A stretch of 64,000 nt of DNA, taken from positions 78,740,001 through 78,804,000 of the forward strand of contig OX597821.1 in NCBI GenBank assembly GCA_951406725.2. The letters are read 5' to 3'. The notes beneath the pieces were generated by a model. The model was given only the letters and a program-made list of their open reading frames with translations. It did not search any database and was not told the origin of the DNA. The translations under genes were made by a program, and so were the position numbers. This DNA comes from Octopus vulgaris (taxonomy: Eukaryota). Shown here in pieces: positions 30,562 through 43,190 of the stretch (position 1 is the first letter of the stretch; the number at the start of each line of letters is the position of its first letter).

Positions 30562-31302
30562 TCGCCGAGGTCTACTTTGCTTTTCATCCTTTCGTGGACG
30601 GTAAATTAAGTGGAAAACTAGGACCGACATAATCTACTAACCCTACCCAACTAAATTACTGGCCTTGTGCATTTGGTAAAAATAATTGTCATCATTATCA
30701 TCATCATCATCATCATCATCATTAGTATTATTGTTGTTATTATTATTACTATTATTATTGTTGCTGTTAATATGATTATTATTACTTTTGAGTGAGAGAG
30801 CAGTGCATGACATCAAAGTGACACTGGGGTAAAATATAAGAAGCCCAATATACCCATCATGACTACCGGTCTGATAAGGGTACACCAGGCACATGCATCA
30901 CAACCATATGTGCGCGACATGATGATCTCATATCAAGATAAACAGCACACGACCTTGCAGGTGGGGGCCCAGCTAGAATTTCCTTCTGGTCGAGTAACCC
31001 ATCCCGCTCAAAATGTCCCTGAATAAGGGTTGTTTAAGGATGTTGAACGAAGCACCCAGTTTCCAGAGGTGAATTATTCAAACCCCAAAGAATCCCTCTC
31101 AACACATGGCTATGATGCTCTCCACTACTCCTGCTTGTGATCAGAGATGTACATATCGTCAGCCACTAAGGAACATGGTCAACTGATTAGGGTCAAACAA
31201 CTGACAAACAAATCTGTGGAATTGAGCAGAATATTTGCTGTAGCCCATCAAAGACAAAACAATGTACATGACAACACTTCCAATCGGTTAAGATCATCAG
31301 GG
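30019..31302. repeat. Two direct copies of a ~480-bp interspersed repeat embedded in (ATT)n
   Basis: 30019-30500 and 30790-31302 are highly similar (gagagagcagtgcatg..ccatatgtgcgcgacatg..caaaccccaaagaatccctctc). Confidence 0.75.
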
Positions 31303-31304
31303 CA

Positions 31305-31373
<69 letters not shown>

Positions 31374-31392
31374 GTTGTTGTTGTTGTTGTTA

Positions 31393-31435
<43 letters not shown>

Positions 31436-31529
31436 CATTATTATCATCATTATTATTATCATTATTATTATTATCATTATTATTATTATTATCATTATTA
31501 TTATTATTATTATTAATAATAATAATATA

Positions 31530-32425
31530 TTTATAGCGTGCTTTCACTTCACTACCGAGCGCAGCTCTGTGTGCCTCGGGTATGTGCTGTGATTTGTTGT
31601 GATGCTCTGATGGTTACTGTATTGAAAGTGTTCTGCGTAGGATGTGTGCAGTGCCCAGCAGTGAAATTTTATGTATGTTATTTTCTGTATGTGTTTGTAA
31701 GTCCTGGTGTTTTTGTTATGTATTTGTCTGAATATTTTTTATCATGCCTAATGCACCTACAATGATAGGAATTGTTTCTGTTTTTAGATTCCACATTCTA
31801 GTGGAGATACGTTGTCATCTGCTGGTATTGATACTTCAATTAGAAAGCATTTTTTCTTCATGATCTCTGACAACTATATCTGGTCTGTTGGCCTTAATTT
31901 CTCTATCTATGTGTGTTGGCATATCCCAGAGTATGGTTGCTTTCTCGTTTTCTGTGACCTTTTCTGGTGTGTGCCTATACCATCTTTTTTCTGTTGTTAT
32001 TCCATAATGTTGACATAGCTTCCAGTGTATGTAGGTCCCAACTCTGTCGTGTCTGTGATTATATTCATTTTCAGCAAGGACTGGGCAGCTAGAGATAATA
32101 TGATTTATTGTTTCTTGTCCATCTCCACATATTCTGCAGTTACTTGTTATATTTCTTTTCATTACATGTTTTTGGTAATTTCTGGTGGGGAAGCTATCGT
32201 CTTGTGCTGCAATTAAAAATCCCTCTGACTCTGCTCTGAATCCTGATCTTCTCAACCGTTGCTGGGATTTTTCTTTGTCTTTTTCTTTTGAATTTAGGTT
32301 AGTCCAGTATTTGCCATGAAGGGGCTTTTCTTGCCATCGTTTTATCATGGTCCGTTGCTGTTCTAGTTTTAGTTTGGATTTCTTTTGTTTTATGGTATGA
32401 TTTCTTGTTTGTATTTGTCAGCTTC
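31530..32425 (-). mobile_element. R4/Dong-like non-LTR retrotransposon 3' fragment (CCHC + restriction-like endonuclease)
   Basis: KPLHGKY..ESEGFLIAAQD..CRICGDGQETINHIISSC..RHDRV..ILWD..RPDIV; flanked by (TAA)n on both sides. Confidence 0.85.
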
Positions 32426-32426
32426 C

Positions 32427-32474
<48 letters not shown>

Positions 32475-32500
32475 GTAGTAGTAGTAGTAGTAGTAGTAGT

Positions 32501-32534
<34 letters not shown>

Positions 32535-33095
32535 CCATCATCATCGAGGCAGCGAGCGGGCAGAATCGTCAGGAAGCCGGGCAAAATCTTAGCGATATAT
32601 TTTCTGCCACTATGTTCTGAGTTCAAATTCTACCAATATCGACTTTGCGTTTCATCGTTTCCTGGTCGATTAATCAAGTACCAACTAAATCCCGAGGTCG
32701 ATTTAATCGACTAGTTCCCTCCCCTAAAGTTTCGGGCTCTGTGCCCATAGTAGACGTGATCATCACTATCATCATCATAATTATCCTCATCACCATCATC
32801 ATCATTACTAACATCATCATCATCGTCGTCGTCATTTAAAAGTATTAAAGTTAAGATTGCAAACACTACGGTATATTGTAGTTACTTTTGTTCCTCAATG
32901 TTTTGATTCTGAATCCTGCCAGGTTCATGCTTGATATCATTGTCGATAAAATAATATTAGTTAATTACTTAGATCGATGTACCATAGTTGACTTTAGCCA
33001 TCTTCCAAAATATGTAACAGTCTGCCTAGGCGAGAAATCATAATTATCAGCAATAAACCTATAAAAGCAATAAGTAAGAAAATGTTAATATATAC

Positions 33096-33247
33096 CCATC
33101 CAATATCTTGTACGTTGCTGCTACATTTCCAAACCACGGTGTTGAAAGAAGATTGTTGGGATGGAACCACATCATTGAAGACTTATCTCTTCCATTGAAA
33201 GTTAAAGATTGAATTTCAATATTATTTATTGTCAATACGACTTTCTC
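33096..33247 (-). CDS. Probable downstream coding exon of gene B (uncharacterised invertebrate domain, F.G......WF....L...PW motif)
   Basis: Acceptor tttatttgcag|GAG, donor GATGG|gtatat; 152 nt, open: EKVVLTINNIEIQSLTFNGRDKSSMMWFHPNNLLSTPWFGNVAATYKILDG. Resembles, from memory, a domain of uncharacterised molluscan proteins that often follows PAN domains. Confidence 0.6.
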
Positions 33248-33297
33248 CTGCAAATAAAATGTTGAATGAAATCAGGTGTAAATCAGACAAGGAAGGC

Positions 33298-33460
33298 GAC
33301 AATGTGACAGAGTGAGAAAAGAAGAGGGCGCAAGGCAGATGGAGAGAAAGGTATGAGTATAATGTGACAGAGTGTCAGATGTCAAGAGAGAGATGGAGAG
33401 AAAGGTATGAGTATAATGTGACAGAGTGTCAGATGTCAAGAGAGAGATGGAGAGTGACAA
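33298..33460. repeat. Short minisatellite (~54-bp unit, ~2.5 copies)
   Basis: gatggagagaaaggtatgagtataatgtgacagagtgtcagatgtcaagagaga repeated. Confidence 0.7.
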
Positions 33461-35896
33461 AGAGGAAATGGAGTGATACAGTTGTAAGGGAGTAATGAGA
33501 AGAAAAATGTATGTTGGGAGAATAAAGAGAGATAGGATGTGCATGCATTTTTGTGCAATGTATGAGCGGTGAAAATGTACAACAATTGCTTATATATGTA
33601 GACAGCACTGACTTAACATACAGCAGTCTGCATATGGACACAATATCTACATCTACGACTATATCCATCAGTAGAGAGGACCCTAGGTGGCACTAGTGTT
33701 GTCTGTGACTCATTAACAATTTTATGCAGACATCAGATTTCTAAACTACTGTGTTAATTGTAAAAGAAAAATACTTCACAATATTTGTTTTTACTTACTT
33801 TAGAGCTTTTTCCCCTCCCTTTGGTTTTGTAAATCCTTTCTCTGATCATACGGTAAGGGGCCCAGAGAAAGACGAAATGATGAAATTCCCCAAATGGATA
33901 TCAGAAGGATATCAGAACTTTGTTATTATTGTTGTTATCTGTTACCAATTCAACCTTGAATGAGAAGTCCTATGGGAAAAGTTCTTTCGGCCATGACCTG
34001 CCCTGCCATCTGTCATATATTCGTATCTAGGACAATATCATCCATAATGTACTATTCTTTTCAAGATGCTAGAATTTAATTTGAGGGAGATTTATCTGAT
34101 ATTTCTAGCAGATTGAGCGACCTAGGAAAATCTATCTCTTTGACTCCTTAAGGTAATCTATAAAACATTCTATTGAAACAGTTATGAATAAAGGCTGGTT
34201 AAAAATTATGAGGGTATTTCGTCAGTTAAAATGGAAAAATGGAAACAATTTTTATTGAGGCCATCTGCATGAAAAACATGAGTGTTTAGTGTTTGAATAT
34301 TTAATGTAGCCAATATTTTAAAACGTAACTAGCAATAATTTGGCTATGAATAAAAAATAAACAATATCCTTTCGAATGATATTATTTTAATTATTTCGGG
34401 AGGAACCGAAGTCAAATCTTGACAGAGAAGGGTCTCTTTATGACTTACTTAATGTACTTGCTTAAATTTTAATGAGAGAATCACTAACTGAATTTACAAA
34501 AGTGTAGTGCCTGGTGTAGAAAACTAGAATAGTTTAGAGAATAAATCAGAGAAGTCATTCACATGTAAAAGAGCTGATTTAATGATATTAGTAATATAAT
34601 TGGTTACAACCCTCGTGCTCGTATCTCATTGGGAAACGACCATATAGCATTCTTTGAATGAACTGATTTGTTAGGATATCGCATATATTAAACGATTGGC
34701 TTATTTACTTGGATTCAATATTTAAATGATTTTCTGTTTTAAATAGAATAAATCTTGGAAATGAATGATTTGGGTGTGTCTTTGTGTGTGTATGTTGGTG
34801 GCGGGGTGTATGTGTTCGACGATGGCCATAAAACCTTGGTGCAGCAGTCCCAACGAAGTTGTTTGATAAAAGAATTTTTCTTCTGTTACAGTTCCCGAAA
34901 TGTTATGTATATATTAAGATATCTTGTCTATTCTTAAAATTTTGAATGTAGGCAGGCATAAGAAAATTAGATATTATGTGTATGTGTGTGTGTGCGTGTG
35001 CGTGTCTGTGTGTGAGTGTCTGTGTGCGTGCATATATATATATATACAAGTTGATATCGAACAACGAGAATGAGCGCTTAGAACTGCATTTGTGGATAGA
35101 AATTGGTGTGTATGCGTTAGTGGAGTGTGTAATACACTAATACGTTAATTCGTAAATATACACACAAACTTATAAAATACATACATTTATTGCAGCACTG
35201 TATAAAAAAAATGATGCCAAAACATGCGATAAAAATGAAATTATATCAACTATTAAGTGTACACGTCTAAAATATTGATGCAGACGAAATATTCTTTTCT
35301 ATTCTAGGCAGAAGGCCCTGAATTTTGGGGGAGGGGGCCAGTTGATTAGATCGACACCAGTACACAACTGATATTTAATTCATCCATCCGGAAAGGATGA
35401 AAGGAAAATTCGACCTCGGCGGAATTTGAACACACAGACCGCTATGTATTTCGCTCGGTGTGCTAACGTTTCTGCCAGCTTGCTGCGTTAAGCAGATGAA
35501 ATATTAATGTAGATATGTGTATCTATCTACAGCTGGGCAGAGATTTCGAATGGAATCGAATCTAACTATAATTTGATCGAGGGGAGTTAATTTACCTAAA
35601 GTTATTCCCCCTGATATTATACTTATTTTCCATATCCTGATGTTTTTATCGTAATTTTACGTAACTTAAGGACTTTGTTTAACATGAATTCCATGATGGT
35701 AGACCTAAAATTTATGTGTGTGTGTGTGTGTGTATACTTTTATTCGTTTACCTGTTTCAGTCATTTGACTGTGCCATGCTGGAGCACCGCCTTTAAGCGA
35801 ACAAATTATACTTTGTAAGTCTACTACTTATTCTATCGATCGTCCACTTTAGCAGAACTGCTAAGTTACGGGAACGTAAGCACACCATCGGTTGTC

Positions 35897-35936
<40 letters not shown>

Positions 35937-36184
35937 AGGATACCTATATATATAAGCAAGTATAAAGACGGTCAGTTTGATGTGTAATTTGAAATATCTT
36001 TTTTGACACAAAGAAAGATGTTAGGTCAAATGTGTTTCATCAAATGTGGTTGACCGATTCGATACATAGTGCAAGCGGGGAGAGAACTCCCCCGTATCCT
36101 AGCACGGAGACCAATATATCACGTGATTTCGATCTTATTCATCTTTATTCACTGGTGACTTTATTTTTTATACATATATTGTTA

Positions 36185-38165
36185 ACTGGGTTAGACTATT
36201 GCTATGTTTAGCAGACACGTATCAATCACTGAGTGTCAATCGCTAGCTACATAAAAGTAATCATTACCGACTTCTCTGGAAATGGATAAAATTTGGCATA
36301 GTAAGTGTTACGATATCTGATCAATAAGTATCCGGACTGTTGCCATAGTAACATAGCTACAGCTCGCTGAATGAAGCCGCTTGATAAATATTGATTTTCA
36401 ACTCTGCTGTGTAAGTGCATTAAGGCTTAACATTAAAGCTTACTTCCGTTGTTTACAGCAGTGCTTGGAAGGAAGGTGTGTAGCATGTGATCGCATTGAT
36501 TGTGACAAGAAAGTGGTCATGGCAATAATTGCTCAGAGGCCTGCGCAAAGTTATAGAAAGTGTATGGAGGGGGAGTATATAAGCCATACACAAGTGTGTG
36601 AGGTGTTTCTGAGATGGCTAAAAAATATTCGATATTGATGAATTTTCTTGGAGAGCCGCAACCAGCAGAACTGAGAAAAACACCGCAGATGTGGCTGCAG
36701 CTGTGAGGGGAAATAGTCGAATCACCATGAGTGAGTTATCAGAGGATGTGCAGATTAGTTACGGCTCAGCTAGCTCCATTATCACTGAAGATTTGGGTAT
36801 GCCAAGTTTGTGCCAAAACCGCTTTCCGCTGACCAAAATAGACATTCGGATTTCAGCTGCACAAGATCTCCTAGATGATGAAAACGTGTTGAAATATTTG
36901 CATGGCCCTCTGAACAGGTATCACCAAGATATAGCAAAATTTTATGCAGATTCTTTGCTCAACTTTCTATGTCATGGTCAATACGACGATCACACGCTAC
37001 ACACCTTCCTTCTAAGCATGGCGGTCAACTGCAGAAGTGAGTTAGTACTTTAAACCTGAGTGCGCATGCACAGAAGAATTCAATATCAATCTATGGCAAC
37101 AGTCCGGATACTTATTAATCAGACCTCGTCTTAAATGCTTGCAGAAAAAAGATTTAGCCTGCCCGGGACATTCATGCTGATATTCTTTGCTTCCTTTGTT
37201 AGAGGTGTAGCTCCCCCTTTATCAACAGTGCAAAAGAGAGTATCTGAGTTAAGAAGAAGGGAGAGTCTTGAAGATTATCCAAGGTCTGGAATCTTGCAAA
37301 CTGCAACCACCGAAGAAAACACTGATCGTCTTTACCACATTGTGATGAGTGACAAGCGATTGACTATGGATGAAATGGCTAATGTAACCCGTGAGAGAGT
37401 TAAGAATATTCGGCGCAACGAACTTGGCATGATGAATGTTTCCGCTCAGTAGGTTCCACGTCTTCTGACACCTGATCAAAAGCGCACACATCACGAGAAA
37501 ATTTGACATTGTTTCCGGCAGGCCTGCTGGTTCCTTCAAACGTTTCCTAAGGCAAGACGAGTGTTGCCTTCATCACGTTGAAACAGAGAAAAGAGGCAAT
37601 TCATACAATGGAAACATCCTTCCTCACCTACACCACAAAAAGACTAAGTCGGTTTTTTTTTGCTGGGTAGGGGATGGCCTCATTTTTTCGGATGAAAATG
37701 GCCCTGTGCTTGTTGAATATCTTCAAAAGAGCAACACCATCAATGGGAAGTTCTATGCCAACTCGCCGAGGTAGTTACAAAAAGCTATCAAAAGACCCAG
37801 GAAATCTGATGAAATGTGACTTCTTTAATCAGGAGAGTACCCCAGCACACAAGACTGTGGTTTTGAAGTGGTTGATCGTCTGATTATTCTCCTGATTTAG
37901 TCCCATGTGATTATCATCTTTTTCTCAGCATGAAAAAACAGTTTTACTTAGTTGGAAACCAGTCTTGCATTGATGATGACGTCATATCTGCTGTTGATGA
38001 CGGTTTTGAACAACAGCATGAAAGCTTCATCACCAATGAGATCCAAGCACTGCAACAGCGATTGAAGAAGTGTGTGGACAGCAAGGGGGACTATATTCAA
38101 AATGAAACCTCATTTATTCCCATTCCATGAGAGTATTTTGGTCAACCTATGAACTTTACATCGTA
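36185..38165 (+). mobile_element. mariner transposase remnant interrupted by a nested mariner
   Basis: MDKIW at 36282 resumes at ~37131 (CLQKK..DIHAD); later *VPRLLT, YSPDLVPCDYHLF, RLKKCVDSKGDY. Confidence 0.75.
36309..37129 (+). mobile_element. Internally deleted mariner element with ~40-bp TIRs
   Basis: tacgatatctgatcaataagtatccggactgttgccatag / ctatggcaacagtccggatacttattaatcagacctcgt; HTH fragment VRGNSRITMSELSEDVQISYGSASSIITEDLGM. Confidence 0.8.
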
Positions 38166-38304
38166 CAAGAAAAGGAATGTAATGAATGAATTACTCAAAC
38201 AATCAGACTGAACAAGAAAAGAGAGATTCCTAATATACGTGGAGATAATGAGGGGCAGGGAATACTAAAAGCACAGACATTAGATGAAAATATGAATTAC
38301 TCAC

Positions 38305-38614
38305 AGTTTTTAGAGAGAATTACATAAGATGAACAGTTGCAATTAGTATTTGAACGGTGTTTCCAGTAAAACAATTTATACATTTTGCACGGGCCATTAC
38401 AATAGCTAAAATAAGCACACATCTCATTCATCATACATCGTAATGCGCATTCCGTGACGGATTTTGTGTTTTCCTTTCGAAAATATGTATATGTCAAGCA
38501 TGTTGACTTGGACAATTGCCAAAATATTTTCCCGTTGATGTTCGATTCACCAATCTTCAAAGTAACGAGAAACATAAATATGAAAACTTGCAATAGGTCT
38601 TTTATTGTTTTCAT
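38305..38614 (-). CDS. Gene B first coding exon: secreted PAN/Apple-like 8-Cys protein (paralog of gene A)
   Basis: Acceptor ttttcag|GAATG (exon top 38616); MKTIKDLLQVFIFMFLVTLKIGES..STC..ECALRC.....CAYFSYCNGPC..CNC; donor AAACT|gtgagt (38299-38304), phase 1. Confidence 0.85.
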
Positions 38615-38973
38615 TCCTGAAAAAAAAATACATACATACAAACATATATATATATATATATATAATTTCAATACGGAGAACATAATTCAGAAGAAAAAAA
38701 TATTTGCAAAGATATCATTGGCTCTATAATTATCTAGTGTCACAATTAAAAATGATAATATCCGAATCAATAATATAGGCGATTGCAGGCCCTACAATTC
38801 ATTAAATAGCTGAAGGATTAAAATTAATTCAAATGACATACTAAGTATGTCCACCTGCTGGAAATAACAGTCAAAACTCTTATTTATATTGCCTAAATAC
38901 ACTGATAATAACTACAGACTGCATCTGAAGGCAAATGGGCTATGACAATCTCTCAGCATGCATTCAAGTATTT

Positions 38974-39020
<47 letters not shown>

Positions 39021-40562
39021 TAGCATTATGACCCGTCGTTGCCGGGTCATAGTGCTAGTGCATGTATATATGTGTATATATATGTGTACATATTACATGT
39101 ACATCTATATATATACATCTATACATGAAATACAAAATACAAAGTTATATCTTGATATTCGCTAGTGATAACAATACTCAAAATATATAACAGACTGGAA
39201 TTGTAGGCCCGTCTCTTGCAATTTCGATCAATTGTATATTGTCCTCCCTCTTGTATAGAAGTGTGGCTACAATCCAGCCTACCTCTACTTCTGGGGGGAC
39301 ATTTTAAATTTTTATCCGGGACGTCCTACGTCCCAGATATAAAGGTAAAAATAAAATATTTCCACTTTGCAAAGTTCGAGTCGAGTACTCTCCCTTGCAC
39401 GCTCCGTTGACTCGAACCTTGCTTCTATTATGGCGAATTTACCGCCTCTAGTTAGATATCTTTGATAGCCGCACCAAGACACTTTTCGATGGTGCTTTCC
39501 TCCAGGTGTTCAAATCTTTTTTTCTTCTCTACATTGTATATTTTATAGACAATAGTCTTTTCTTTAATTTAATTTTTTGTTTCGTTTGGTGGTGTTATCC
39601 TAGATTCACCGTCTTTGTCGGTGATCAATCCGTATTTCTTCCATTTTGATTTCAATGAGTTCGCGCCCACCGACGGTTGCAGTGAAATTCATTTTTGTAC
39701 TTTCTTCTATCGAAGGCATTCTAACAGAAATGCTTCCGTGTAAACGGTGAAAATATTGTCAATTTTCCCAAACAGGGACACAATTCAATTTTTAAACAAT
39801 AACCAAAGCTCCTTCTCCCAAAGGGCGAGGGTTACAGTTTACAATTATTTAACAAATGCAACACAACAATGTTTCCTTTACGAGGAACCAACAAGCGTGA
39901 TAACAATAGTTAAACAGTAATAATAATAATAACAACAAACCTTACGATGAGTCAGAAAGCAGTAAGCAGTTGAAGCTTTAGTCCTTTATGTATAAGAAAT
40001 AAACCAACAGCAGTACTCTGTAAGAGCGGCTGTTCGAGCAAACATATATTACATAGAGCGAAACTTCATATAGATACTTAATGCAGATAATCTAATGTAA
40101 AAGCACAGCTCCATCTGGACTATTCCATTTCTGCACGCTAATTTTATTTTTAATTTATTCCCATTGATGTGAAACTACTTATTCAAGTTCAAGTCATTGA
40201 TGTTGTTTTATGTAAGCTCCCGTGGCAAATAAAAGATTGAAATATTGTTGTTGTTGTTGTTGTTCGTCTATCGACACTTGTTACATGTACGTTTGTTATT
40301 CATATTGTTATACATTGTTATTTATAAAACATTTGTTATCGTTACGTAGATAGACTAACCAGGACTTAAGTGAGTTGGTTAGTCCTTCTCCAGCTTAGCA
40401 CTTAGAGCGCACTGTAGCGTTCTTTTGAGCAAACAAGCCCCTCATGTTGTGCAAACGAGAATTGTCCCTCCACTGAGAGGAACGGCCGGTCGTCCGGAAA
40501 GGAGAACATCCAAGGCGTAAAATACAATGACTGTTTCAGCAGAAGCAACAACAGCAACAACG

Positions 40563-40880
40563 GGAGGCGCAATGGCCCAGTGGTTAGTGCAGCGGACTCG
40601 CGGTTTCGATTCCCAGACCGGGCGTTGAGTGTGTTTATTGGCCGAAAACGCCTAAAAGCTCCACGAGGCTCCGGCAGGTGGTGGTGGCGACCCTTGTTGT
40701 ACTCTTTCGCTCCAACTTTCTCTCACTCTTTCTTCCTGTTTCTTGTCCCCGACTTTCTAACCAACCGCTGAGCCTGGATGCGCATTCATCCATCCGTCGA
40801 TGCTCTCGGTGTCGGGGTTGACCTGCTTTCTCTTCTGCGGGTCTTACGAATAACAAAGGACCACGTTTCGGACTTCTCCC
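40563..40880 (+). mobile_element. tRNA-derived SINE
   Basis: ggaggcgcaatggcccagtggttag..gtttcgattcccagaccgggcg. Confidence 0.7.
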
Positions 40881-40908
40881 ACGAAAACCGCTTCGCTCAA
40901 GAAACAAA

Positions 40909-40982
<74 letters not shown>

Positions 40983-41946
40983 CAACGACACGAACAATAG
41001 CGCACGTCAGGACTATGAAAGTAAATTTCCTATGCTTTTAACACCACCTTCACCATCGCAGGATCAAAACAGCTCAATGACAACAAAAAAGCAACAACAC
41101 AAACAAGAATACTGCCACCTCAAACGCCACCGCCGCTGTTAGCAGCAGACCCGCTACCATCGCCAACACACCAACATTATTAACGAAGACAGCCAAGTAA
41201 ACGCAAATACACATCTATCGATTTTGCGCAAGACCCCACCTCCACCACCAAAAAAACGGCGAAGACATTTTTACAGATGAAAGTGTATTCAAAACTGTTA
41301 AATATATGTTGGAGAAATGTGAGAGAAATGTGGTTCTTCATAGATATTAATTTGAGGACAGTTCTACATAAAAAATTTGGAGTCATAAGTAGAAAAGTAG
41401 CGCAGACAACCAGCAAATTGAAAAGCGTTTAAAACCAGTTTGGAAGGGCAAAATATATCTAGCTAAGGGTTAGAAATATGGGGCTGTGCAAGCTGGTTGG
41501 TGGCTGTGATTTTCTTCGATATAGAAGAAAAAATACTATTCTGCGAACACAGAGGATGGAGAATCGGTACAGGTTATGACATGGCGTACAGCTACAAGTA
41601 CAGGCCAATTGTCCAAACGTTAAGGCTAATTAGCAGTTTGTCACTGGTGTTGTTGCAGTCGGTCTCCCCTCCCCCAAAAGTAATTATTCTCTCTGACAAC
41701 ACAATCCCACTCGAAATTGAAACCCTTCACTACATTTCTTTAGATAAACTGTCCAACCCACCGTTTATCCACCCATATTTCTGATCCTTCCAATTCGTTT
41801 CTGCTTTGTTTTCCCTTCTCAATCCATTATATGTATCCCTCTTCATCCACTTTTCAACTATTTTGTACTCTTTTATCCACCCCATCATAGTTTCAACAAG
41901 AGTAACACAACAAAATTGAACTATCTCTACTTCCTGCAGCCTAATC

Positions 41947-42071
<125 letters not shown>

Positions 42072-42319
42072 GTACTACGTACGTACGTACGCGCGTGCGC
42101 ACATAGCTAGATAGATCATAGACAGACCTTTCAGATTTCTAACCTTATGGAACCAAGCAAATTAGTTTATCCCTTTCATCTATCATTTCTCTACAGACTT
42201 TTCTCTCTATCTTACGCTTCTTCCCTTTACATTATGTCTTTCTATCTCTTTCGTTTCGAGCGGCAAAACTGACCTAGTCGGAATTTGAACTGAGACTACA
42301 GAGAACCAGCGCAATAACC

Positions 42320-42550
42320 TATTTCTTTACTACCCAGAAGGGGCTAAACACAGAGAGGACAAACAAGGATAGACAAACGGATTAATTCGATTACATCGAC
42401 TCCAGTGCGTAACTGGTACTTATTTAATCGACCCCGAAAGGATGAAAGGCAAAGTCGACCTCGGCGGAATTTGAACTCAGAAAGTAGCGGCAGACGAAAT
42501 ACGGCTACGCGTTTCGCCCGGCGCGCTAACGTTTCTGCCAGCTCGCCGCT
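42320..42550 (-). mobile_element. SINE (family also at ~21915, 32545, 35295, 43310)
   Basis: Shared core atcgaccccgaaaggatgaaaggcaaagtcgacctcggcggaatttgaactcag. Confidence 0.7.
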
Positions 42551-42800
42551 TTAACCAGCGCAATAACCGCCAAGCAACTGATCGACTCTCTTACGACACT
42601 GTGACAATCGGTTGTCCTCTTCACCAAATTATTGCTTATATATTTGTTGTGCAGTAGATTATTACTTGCGCTAAAACATTATTACCGATGGAGCTCTTTT
42701 ATGAAATGGGGTTTTGTTCTTAGCATGTAAAAAAATAAGGATATTGTTCTCAAGAAATTCCACACGGAAAACTTTGAAGAGAAAATAACATTAATGATAG

Positions 42801-42971
42801 AGGCGCAGGCGTGACTCTGTGGTAAGAAGATTGCTTCCAAACCGCAAGGTTCCGGGTTCAGTCCCGCTGCGTAGCACCTTGGGCAAGTGTCATCTACTAA
42901 AGCCTCGGGCCGACAAAATCTTTGTGAGATTTGGTAGAGGGCAACTGAAAGAAGCCCGTCGTATGGGCGTG

Positions 42972-43009
<38 letters not shown>

Positions 43010-43190
43010 TGTATATATTTATGTGTGTGTTTGTGCCTGTCTTTGTCCCCCCACCATCGCTTGATAAACCGATGTTAGTGTGGTTACGTCCCAGTAACAC
43101 ACCGATAGAATAAGCTCTGGGGGGCAAATTCTTCGACTAAAAGGCGGTACTCCAGCATGACCGCAGTCACTTGACTGAAACAAGTTAAAG
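42801..43190 (+). mobile_element. tRNA-derived SINE with internal microsatellite
   Basis: aggcgcaggcgtgactctgtggtaag..ggttcagtccc..ctgaaagaagcccgtcgtat. Confidence 0.7.

Noticed and set aside
33799-35640. Candidate middle exons for gene B (donors at ~33798, ~34448, ~35595; acceptor at ~34733)
   Set aside because: The combinations I tried gave stops or wrong phase and no family-like motif.
39016-39900. Helitron-like termini (tacactagca..cccg..cggg; similar at 8119)
   Set aside because: Only short terminal resemblance and no verifiable Rep/helicase motif.
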